A stretch of DNA of 64,000 nucleotides from Bdellovibrionota bacterium (GTDB taxonomy: Bacteria; Bdellovibrionota_G; JALEGL01; DATDPG01). A program made the translations under genes and the position numbers. The DNA lies in contig OY764265.1 of the NCBI GenBank assembly GCA_963668355.1, positions 832,001-896,000 on the forward strand. The letters are read 5' to 3'. Below are positions 56,776 through 64,000 of the stretch, piece after piece (the first letter of the stretch is position 1; each line of letters opens with the position of its first letter). The notes under the pieces were generated by a model. It saw nothing but the letters and a program-made list of their open reading frames with translations, had not been told where the DNA came from and searched no databases.

Positions 56776-57576
56776 ATGAAAATTACGCCTCAATCCGTCA
56801 TTGCCATCACCGGAGCCTCTCGAGGCATTGGACGCCAAGCGGCACTAACCTTTGCCAAACGACATGCTAGCATCGTTTTGCTTTCGAGAGATCAATCCCG
56901 AATGGAAAAGGTTTCACAAGAAATTCAAGAACTTGGCGGAAAGCCCCTCGTACTCCGTTGTGACGTTTCCAACGAAAGTGAATGTCACGCTTGGGTGCCC
57001 AAAGCCCTCGACCGTTTCGGTCGGATAGATGTCTTGGTCAACAACGCTGGATTCGGGACCTATTGCCAAATGGCCGACCTTCCCACCGAAATTTTAAATT
57101 CCACACTTCGAACGAATCTTCACGGCGCCCTATGGTGCACCCAAGCCGTTCTTCCTCATATGAAGAAACAGGGGTCAGGACATATCGTCAATGTCTCCAC
57201 GGTGATTTCCGTTCGCTCCATGCCTTTTATGGGGGTTTACTGCCTGAGCAAGGCGGCCATGAACGCAATGACAGAAAGCCTGCTATTGGAGCTGAAACCC
57301 AATCAGATTGGAGTGACTCTCTTGTGTCCAGGGTTGACGGCCACTGATTTTCAAATGAATGCTCACGAAATCAACTACAAGGCTCCGGTCAGCAATGAAA
57401 AAGGCATGTCGGCTGAAAAAGTGGGGCGGCAAATTTTGAAAGCCGTAGAAAAAAACAAATCTCGAGTGTATCTCACCAAGGCTGGAAAACTTCTGGTTTT
57501 CCTCCAGAGGCTTTGTCCAAGATTCGTGGATTTTATTTTGTATCAAGGCATGGTGAAACGAAAGGCCTTTAAATAG
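56776..57576 (+). CDS. Short-chain dehydrogenase/reductase
   Basis: TGASRGIG, NNAG, YCLSK. Confidence 0.93.
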   Translation: MKITPQSVIAITGASRGIGRQAALTFAKRHASIVLLSRDQSRMEKVSQEIQELGGKPLVLRCDVSNESECHAWVPKALDRFGRIDVLVNNAGFGTYCQMADLPTEILNSTLRTNLHGALWCTQAVLPHMKKQGSGHIVNVSTVISVRSMPFMGVYCLSKAAMNAMTESLLLELKPNQIGVTLLCPGLTATDFQMNAHEINYKAPVSNEKGMSAEKVGRQILKAVEKNKSRVYLTKAGKLLVFLQRLCPRFVDFILYQGMVKRKAFK

Positions 57577-57581
57577 GAGGA

Positions 57582-58460
57582 ATGGCTGTGACAAAGACGC
57601 GAGAACAAAACGTTCGCCAAATTCTTCTTTTGGCTCTCGGCCTGAACATATTTGTGGCCTTGCTCAAACTCGGTTACGGACTCCTCACGCACACGCTTTC
57701 AATGACATCTGACGGACTCCACTCCTTCACAGACGCGGGTTCAAGCATCATGGGATTGATTGCCATCTTCTACGCGTCAAAGCCGTCTGATGACAACCAT
57801 CACTACGGGCATCAAAAATATGAAACGCTTGCGGCCTTGGGCATCGGCTTGTTCATCATCTTAACCAGTTGGGAAATCATAAAGCACGCAATCGCTCGTT
57901 TTTTTTCTACTCAAGCTCCCTCTTTTCACCCCATCGGAATCGCCATCATTCTTTTCACCATCGTCATAAATATTTTTCTGTCGTGGATCGAGCGAAAAAA
58001 GGGTGAGGAGTATAAAAGCGCAATTCTAAGAGCCGACGCTGCCCACACGAGTTCGGATATCTTTGTTTCCATTTCCGTTCTGCTTTCTTTGATCGTGATT
58101 CATTTCGGCTTCCCAAAAATTGATGCCATCATCTCATTGCTTTTGGTCGTATATTTTGGCTTCGTGGCTTATTCCTTGCTGAAAGAAAATATATTCGTCT
58201 TGTCGGACGCCGCATTCATCGATCCCAAAAAAGTTCAAGAGACCGTCACGGCCATTCCTGGCGTATTGTCCTGCCATCGCGTTCGAACCCGGGGAAAGCC
58301 TGGAGAGGCCTTTGTGGATCTTCACATCGAGATCAATGCCAAAACCGACATCACAACCTCTCATGACCTTGTGCATCGTGTGGAGTCGGAACTAAAAGAA
58401 AAACTCGAGGGAATTCGAGATGTTATGATTCACACCGAACCCTTTCCAAACTCAGACTAA
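57582..58460 (+). CDS. Cation diffusion facilitator (FieF-like)
   Basis: DGLHSFTD, HHYGHQKYE, DAAHTSSD, VDLHIE, IHTEP. Confidence 0.93.
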   Translation: MAVTKTREQNVRQILLLALGLNIFVALLKLGYGLLTHTLSMTSDGLHSFTDAGSSIMGLIAIFYASKPSDDNHHYGHQKYETLAALGIGLFIILTSWEIIKHAIARFFSTQAPSFHPIGIAIILFTIVINIFLSWIERKKGEEYKSAILRADAAHTSSDIFVSISVLLSLIVIHFGFPKIDAIISLLLVVYFGFVAYSLLKENIFVLSDAAFIDPKKVQETVTAIPGVLSCHRVRTRGKPGEAFVDLHIEINAKTDITTSHDLVHRVESELKEKLEGIRDVMIHTEPFPNSD

Positions 58461-58553
58461 AAACACGCTTCCGACCCTTGACACGAAGAAAACCGTGTTT
58501 TTATTCCCCCATAGGCACTCAGAAAAACATTTTTTGAATTGGAGGATAGGAAC

Positions 58554-59036
58554 ATGATGTTAACACGATGGAGAAGAAATCCCGTTGGGTCAGTTGGCGA
58601 GCGTCCCTTTTTCTCCCTCTGGGAGGATATGGATCGCCTATTTGAAGAGGTATCCAAAGGTCTACCCAGCAATCCACTGGCTCACACAGATCGCACAGCC
58701 GGCTTTTCACCCCGTCTAGACATTTCAGAGGAAAAAGATCGATACACTCTCACAGCTGAACTCCCTGGCATGAATGAAAATCATGTTGAAATTTCTTACG
58801 ACGATGGCTTTTTGACCTTAAAGGGCGAAAAGAAGACCGAAGTCGAAAATAAAGATGCTCAGTACCATCGCATCGAAAGATCTTTTGGGAAGTTCGAACG
58901 AACCATTCAGCTTCCTCAAGAAATTGAGTCTGAAAAAATTGAAGCACGCTTTCGTCATGGGGTACTTACCGTTTCTCTCCCGAAAGCAAAAGTGGTCGAG
59001 AAAGCCGCCAAAAAAATTGAAATCAAGGCAGGATAA
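58554..59036 (+). CDS. Small heat-shock protein Hsp20
   Basis: PRLDISE, AELPG, ERSFGKFER, GVLTVSLPK. Confidence 0.95.
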   Translation: MMLTRWRRNPVGSVGERPFFSLWEDMDRLFEEVSKGLPSNPLAHTDRTAGFSPRLDISEEKDRYTLTAELPGMNENHVEISYDDGFLTLKGEKKTEVENKDAQYHRIERSFGKFERTIQLPQEIESEKIEARFRHGVLTVSLPKAKVVEKAAKKIEIKAG

Positions 59037-59112
59037 AACCACGTAGTCTTCTCCCCCCGGGGCTTTGCGAATTGACCTGTGAAAAACACAGGTTTTCGGG
59101 AAGCCCCGAAGA

Positions 59113-59916
59113 CTACACATCGTAAATTCGTTTTAGCTCTTTTGTTAGATGATCAAATGCCTCTTGAGGGGTGTCACAAAACGTAAACAAATTCATATCT
59201 TCCGGGCTAAGGGTTCCGCGCTTGGCCAACTCTTCAAAGCGAATGACGTTTTTCCAATATTCCGATCCATATATAACCACGGGAATCTGTTTTCGAAATT
59301 TTCCCGTTTGAATCAGTGTGAGCACCTCTGCTAATTCGTCCAGCGTTCCAAATCCCCCAGGGAAGATCACCAAGGCTTTGGCCATATAGGCAAACCAGTA
59401 TTTGCGAATGAAGAAGTAGTGAAACTCAAAATTCAATTCAGGCGTGATGTATGGATTAAACCCCTGCTCGGAGGGAATGGAGATATTGAAACCGATGGAT
59501 AAACCATTGGCTTCACTGGCCCCCCGATTCGCCGCTTCCATAATTCCAGGGCCCCCTCCGGAACATACAATGAATCGTTTCTTCCCTTTTCCGAGTTTTT
59601 TCGACCAGTCGGTTAAGTTCCGCGACAATTCCACACATTCCTCATAATAATGCGCCATATCCAAGAGCGACTGGGAATGTTCCGTATTGCCACCCTCTTG
59701 TACGACTTTTTCATGATTCTTTTGGGCATCTTCTTGAGAAAGAAGTCTGGCCGAGCCGAAAAAGACAATCGTGTCCGAAATCTTATATTTTTCGAAACGG
59801 GCTTCCGGCTCCAAAAACTCTGCCAAAATGCGAATGGGACGCGCAACAGAACTATTAATGAATTCAGAGTTTCGATAGGCCTTATCCGGCGGACGCAATT
59901 CTTTTTCCTTCTTCAT
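59113..59916 (-). CDS. LOG-family (TIGR00730-like) nucleotide phosphoribohydrolase
   Basis: FFGSAR, SGGGPGIMEAAN, FHYFFIRK, FPGGFGTLDE. Confidence 0.92.
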   Translation of the reverse strand: MKKEKELRPPDKAYRNSEFINSSVARPIRILAEFLEPEARFEKYKISDTIVFFGSARLLSQEDAQKNHEKVVQEGGNTEHSQSLLDMAHYYEECVELSRNLTDWSKKLGKGKKRFIVCSGGGPGIMEAANRGASEANGLSIGFNISIPSEQGFNPYITPELNFEFHYFFIRKYWFAYMAKALVIFPGGFGTLDELAEVLTLIQTGKFRKQIPVVIYGSEYWKNVIRFEELAKRGTLSPEDMNLFTFCDTPQEAFDHLTKELKRIYDV

Positions 59917-59925
59917 AGGTGCAGA

Positions 59926-60666
59926 TTATACGGCGATACTCGCCAAAAGCGAGTGCTTAAAGAAACTCTGTCGATGCAGTGACTCTTCGTCTCCATAAGC
60001 ATGCTCCGGACCGACGACACACGCTTTTCGAGCCAAACAAACCCGATCACAGCTTTTCGAAGACTTAAGCTGCGTTCCACAGGCACGAAAATCGAATTCC
60101 GTGCGGGATATGGCCATGGCCGGGCAGGCCGAAATGCATGGCTTTTGACAGGCTTCACAGGGGTGAAAACTTCCTGAAATGGGATGGCTGGCTTGGACTT
60201 CAAAGGAACACAAAACGGCTGCCCGCAAACTCACCCAAGGGCCAAATTCCGGATGAAGTAAGTAACCCAAAACGGTTTGGGTGGTTCCAAAACCACACAC
60301 CTCAGCCAACTTTGTAAATGACAAATTTCGCCCCGAAGAACGAAATGGAAAAACGACTTGGGTTTGTTCCCGATCGCATTTCAGATGGTTTAGAAACTGC
60401 CTGGTTCTCTTCACGGACGCTCGATCGATCATATTTTTGGCCCGACGCTCATGAGAATCCAGAGAGTTCCAAAAAGCAGCGCCCCCAGTGCCCAGCAAAA
60501 TTACCGTTTTGACTTCGGACCAAATGGATGACCAACGATGGTGAAGAGGAGCTTGTGCATCGAGAAGTTCTGCGGAGACCGATCCAATCAGGTTGAATCC
60601 TTGTTGAGAGGCCGCTTCTTTAAGAAGCTGGAAAGACAGATCCACCTTTAATTCCTCTCCGCGCAA
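59926..60666 (-). CDS. QueG-related 4Fe-4S protein
   Basis: LLHPEFGPWVSLRA, CEACQKPCISACP, C...C.ARKAC. Confidence 0.7.
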   Translation of the reverse strand: MRGEELKVDLSFQLLKEAASQQGFNLIGSVSAELLDAQAPLHHRWSSIWSEVKTVILLGTGGAAFWNSLDSHERRAKNMIDRASVKRTRQFLNHLKCDREQTQVVFPFRSSGRNLSFTKLAEVCGFGTTQTVLGYLLHPEFGPWVSLRAAVLCSFEVQASHPISGSFHPCEACQKPCISACPAMAISRTEFDFRACGTQLKSSKSCDRVCLARKACVVGPEHAYGDEESLHRQSFFKHSLLASIAV

Positions 60667-62194
60667 TCAAGGTTGCAACCAGCAAAAACCCCACACATCC
60701 GGAAAACGCAAAAAGAGAAACCATTCCGATCCACCCACTCACATCCGTAGGTGCCAAGATGGACATCGTGTTCTCCCAAAAAAGAAATGTCTCAGTCGTC
60801 CCTTTGTAAATGGCCTCAAGGCTCTGGGCCAATCCCAAGAGGAACCAAGCCAGCACAAAGCCCACTCCAGCTCCAAGCCCGCCGAACATCCACAGCGACT
60901 TTCGGCTGATGGGGCCTTTGCTCGAAACCGGTTCTCCTAACTGAATGGTTGGCTCTCTCTCTCCCAGAGGAGAGAAACGATGCAATAAGATGAGACCCGG
61001 AATTCCCGCTGCAATCGTTCCCCAAAAGAAAAGTTCCCAACCAAATGCATGTACGGAGTATCCGGTGAGAGGACCCCCGAGAATGCGTGGCAGGGAAAAC
61101 AAACATGTGAAAAACGCATACTGGGTGGCGGCATACTTCTTTTTGGTTAGGCGCAGCAAAAGAACGCTGAAAGCTCCCGTACCCATGCCGGAAGTGACAT
61201 TCTCGAACGTCATAGCTGCGTACATCAGCCCTCGGTGAGTCTCGGTTTGTGAAAGCAAGACGTACCCCAAATTTGAAAAAATTTGCAGGAAGCCGAAAAA
61301 CCAGAGCGCCCGACCCAAGCTCATCAAAGGCGTCACAGCTCCGCCCAAAAAGGTCCCAAAGAGGGTGGAAGCCAAACCCACCGTCGCCAACGCCACGCCC
61401 CGATCAAAATCCGAATAGCCCATATCCACCAGGAATGGACGGAGGAGCGAACTCCCAAGATTGTCAGAAAGTTTGTAGAGAAGAACAAAGGCCAAAATTT
61501 CCAGGGCTCTCCGTCGACTCAAAAACTCCAGAAAGGGCAGCCAGATGGCATCGCGAATGCGGGTTGGAACCGCCTGTTTTTCTTCCGGTTCCGGAGCTTT
61601 CCACGTCACCCACAACATCGGAAGGTAGAGACACGCCAAAAGCACATTCACCATGGACCAAGACCATTGAGCCGCCAGTGTAATGCTTAAGCCTCCAGCC
61701 ACATACATGGCAGCTCGATAAAAACCAATTCGTGCTCCCACGGCCACCCCGTGCTCTTCTTTTCGAAGAACTTCGACGGCATACGCATCCAAAGCGATGT
61801 CTTGTGTGGCCGAAGAAATCGCGATCGCCAAAGCCAAAGCACCCACCACCCAAAAGGCCCCCGGCTGATTTCCCACTCCGGCCAAAGCCAGTGTAAAAAC
61901 AAACAGGGCCAACTGAGCCAAGGCAGCCCATCCTCGCCTTCGACCCAAAAAAGGTGGAACAAATCGATCCATGAAGGGCGACCAAAACACTTTGAAGGCC
62001 CAAGGTGCCTGAGCCAATGTGATGAGTCCCACCCAACGGATGTCGACCCCCGAACTTCTCAACCAATCCGGAATCGCAATCCAGACCAAACCCAACGGCA
62101 ATCCAGAAGAAAAAGACAAAAGGGTTACAGAGGCCGTACGCCAGGTCGTCAGGGCTTGTCCAGTTTGTACCCAAAAGTTTTTTTTCTGCATCAT
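60620..62194 (-). CDS. ampG: AmpG-family muropeptide MFS permease
   Basis: FSSGLPL, KVFWSPFMDR, GRRRGW, SATQDIALDAY, YKLSD, ATQYA. Confidence 0.93.
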   Translation of the reverse strand: MMQKKNFWVQTGQALTTWRTASVTLLSFSSGLPLGLVWIAIPDWLRSSGVDIRWVGLITLAQAPWAFKVFWSPFMDRFVPPFLGRRRGWAALAQLALFVFTLALAGVGNQPGAFWVVGALALAIAISSATQDIALDAYAVEVLRKEEHGVAVGARIGFYRAAMYVAGGLSITLAAQWSWSMVNVLLACLYLPMLWVTWKAPEPEEKQAVPTRIRDAIWLPFLEFLSRRRALEILAFVLLYKLSDNLGSSLLRPFLVDMGYSDFDRGVALATVGLASTLFGTFLGGAVTPLMSLGRALWFFGFLQIFSNLGYVLLSQTETHRGLMYAAMTFENVTSGMGTGAFSVLLLRLTKKKYAATQYAFFTCLFSLPRILGGPLTGYSVHAFGWELFFWGTIAAGIPGLILLHRFSPLGEREPTIQLGEPVSSKGPISRKSLWMFGGLGAGVGFVLAWFLLGLAQSLEAIYKGTTETFLFWENTMSILAPTDVSGWIGMVSLFAFSGCVGFLLVATLIARRGIKGGSVFPAS

Positions 62195-63360
62195 CGTCTC
62201 AACGTTGCCACAAAGAAACCGTCTGTTCCTTCTGCATCAGGTCTCAGCAAACGCGTATTGCCGGTTTCTTTAAAACGTGGGTCATCACGACTAAATGTAG
62301 CAATAACCTCTTGGTTCTCCAAAGGATGAATCGTACACGTAATGTAATGCAAACACCCTCCCTCCCGGACCAAGCGTGAAAACTTTTTGAGCAGAGCCAA
62401 TTGTTGTTTTGGAAAGGTTGCCACCATCGATTTTGTGTAATGCCACTTCAACCAAGGTCGTCGGCGAAGGGTTCCCAAAGAAGAACAGGGAGCGTCAACA
62501 ACCACGACATCTACTCGATTCTCCCATCCGCTTAATGGCTCCGTCTCGTCTTTCGCCACCCACTGGGGTTCCAAAATCGTACACCCCGCGCGCTTGCCTC
62601 TCTTGGCCAATTCTTCCAAAGGTCGGCTGTCCGAGTCCAAAGCGAAAATTCTCCCTTGGTTTTCCATCATGGCTGCCAAAGCTAAGGATTTTCCACCGGC
62701 CCCAGCACATGCGTCCACCACAGTCATCCCTTTTTCTGCTCCGGTTTCCAATACAGAAATTTGACTCCCTTCATCCTGCATTTCAAAGCATCCTTCTTTG
62801 AAGGCCTTTAAGGAGCGAATATTGACCCGTTGTTTTAGGTGGATCGCCCAAGGACTATTGCGACCGATTTCAAATTCGATGCTTTTTTTTTCAAACGCCT
62901 CGATCAATTTCTCCCGCGTGGTTTTTAAGGTGTTGACTCTTAAGGTCGTAGGAGCTTCATCGTTCAAGGAAAGGAGAAGTTTGACGGCCTCGCTCAGTCC
63001 ATACTGATGCACACAAAGCTCAACCAGCCAGGTGGGATATGACATCTCCCGACTGAGCGTATCCAAAGAGAGGGTGTTCCACCGAGAAAGAGGGGGGTTC
63101 TCCTTCAGACTCTCGGCCTCTGATAGTTTTGATTCAAGGGAATCGAGAGAAATGACGGTGGGCAAAATGTCTCCCCATAGGCGACGACGCCAACGGATGG
63201 AGCGAAACAACAAATCTTTCAAGTAACGTCTTCGCGAAGAAGAAACGGATCGATTTCGAGTGATGAGTTTATTGACTTCCCCAGAAAAACATAGGGGTTG
63301 CTCAAAAGATGTCGCCAACACATTTCGGAACAGCTCCGAATCTATTGGGGGTCGGTCCAT
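62191..63360 (-). CDS. RsmB/NOL1/NOP2-family RNA m5C methyltransferase
   Basis: [31 protein letters not shown]...EN, DGFF. Confidence 0.92.
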   Translation of the reverse strand: MDRPPIDSELFRNVLATSFEQPLCFSGEVNKLITRNRSVSSSRRRYLKDLLFRSIRWRRRLWGDILPTVISLDSLESKLSEAESLKENPPLSRWNTLSLDTLSREMSYPTWLVELCVHQYGLSEAVKLLLSLNDEAPTTLRVNTLKTTREKLIEAFEKKSIEFEIGRNSPWAIHLKQRVNIRSLKAFKEGCFEMQDEGSQISVLETGAEKGMTVVDACAGAGGKSLALAAMMENQGRIFALDSDSRPLEELAKRGKRAGCTILEPQWVAKDETEPLSGWENRVDVVVVDAPCSSLGTLRRRPWLKWHYTKSMVATFPKQQLALLKKFSRLVREGGCLHYITCTIHPLENQEVIATFSRDDPRFKETGNTRLLRPDAEGTDGFFVATLRR

Positions 63361-64000
63361 CTTCCTTTCTCTCGAATCAATTCGATCAGCCGTTCATCTG
63401 CTTGAGCAGTCGGAATATGACGCACCACACACTCTTTTCCTACGTACAAGTGAATTCGATCGGGACCCGCACCCACATAGCCGAAATCTGCGTCCGCCAT
63501 TTCTCCAGGACCATTCACAATGCAACCCATGATCGCAATTTTTACGTCCTTTAAATGTCCGGTCTTCTTTCGAATTCGATCGGTCGTTTCCTGAAGATCA
63601 AACAAGGTTCGTCCGCAAGAAGGACAAGAAATGAACTCCGTCTTAAACATGCGACGACGAGAGGCCTGCAATACATTGTAGGCCAACCGATGATTGAATG
63701 CAGATCCATGCGCGGAAGAAATCTCAACGCTGTCGCCCAGTCCATCACAGAGAAGTCCTCCAAGTTCCTTGGCGGCCAAGATCTGCGCCTCTTCCTTTGA
63801 AAAACTCAAGGGCGTCTGGAGATGAAGATGCAGCGGGGGATTCATCTGGACTTCACTGAGTTTCAACACAAGCTGTCGCGTCAATTTCGTAAGGGTCGGT
63901 CCTTCAACCTCGATGCCCAAAGAAATTTGATTTTTCAGCTCACGAGCAAAGGAAAGAGCCGTTGAAATATTCTTTTCCGAGCAAATTCGAAGCCACAATG
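63342..64000 (-). CDS. ispG: HMBPP synthase IspG (3' part; long form, start outside the window)
   Basis: [45 protein letters not shown]. Confidence 0.95.
   Translation of the reverse strand, partial: LWLRICSEKNISTALSFARELKNQISLGIEVEGPTLTKLTRQLVLKLSEVQMNPPLHLHLQTPLSFSKEEAQILAAKELGGLLCDGLGDSVEISSAHGSAFNHRLAYNVLQASRRRMFKTEFISCPSCGRTLFDLQETTDRIRKKTGHLKDVKIAIMGCIVNGPGEMADADFGYVGAGPDRIHLYVGKECVVRHIPTAQADERLIELIREKGRWTDPQ

Noticed and set aside
58478..58540. CIRCE / sigma32 promoter upstream of hsp20 (CCCCATAG, GGCACTC)
   Set aside because: Only a half CIRCE and an uncertain -35 spacing; not supportable.

Overview
Bacterial chromosomal window. The gene content (TIGR02147-type protein, many PilZ proteins, class II RNR, sigma54 activator) suggests a Bdellovibrionota/Myxococcota-like deltaproteobacterium; this is an inference. 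It runs from a partial rho (left edge) to a partial ispG (right edge). The right ~23 kb (after tRNA-Pro-CGG at 40.5 kb) is mostly housekeeping: cvpA, degP-like protease, cyclophilin, gph, nrdJ, ferredoxin, pduO-type adenosyltransferase, proline dehydrogenase, greA, CDF, Hsp20, LOG, ampG, RsmB-like. The left ~40 kb is accessory and holds the most striking feature: an apparent unusual RiPP-like biosynthetic locus. A 50-aa precursor-like peptide (leader ...LDLEILELESKIAP, Cys/Ser-rich core ending in Cys) sits behind a sigma70-like promoter and a c-di-GMP-I (GEMM) riboswitch with a non-canonical ligand-pocket base. Around it are a stand-alone LanB-glutamylation-domain (PEARL-like) enzyme, RRE-HlyD and RRE-M50-protease-HlyD proteins, TolC, a TldD/TldE pair, and an active/inactive alpha/beta-hydrolase pair. 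Also nearby are a JmjC oxygenase + RRE-acetyltransferase-ACP fusion + amino-acid:carrier-protein ligase cassette, FG-GAP/ASPIC proteins, a GNAT, an Asp/Asn-hydroxylase-like enzyme, PilZ proteins and a diguanylate cyclase. All family calls come from motif recognition by eye; no database search was run.
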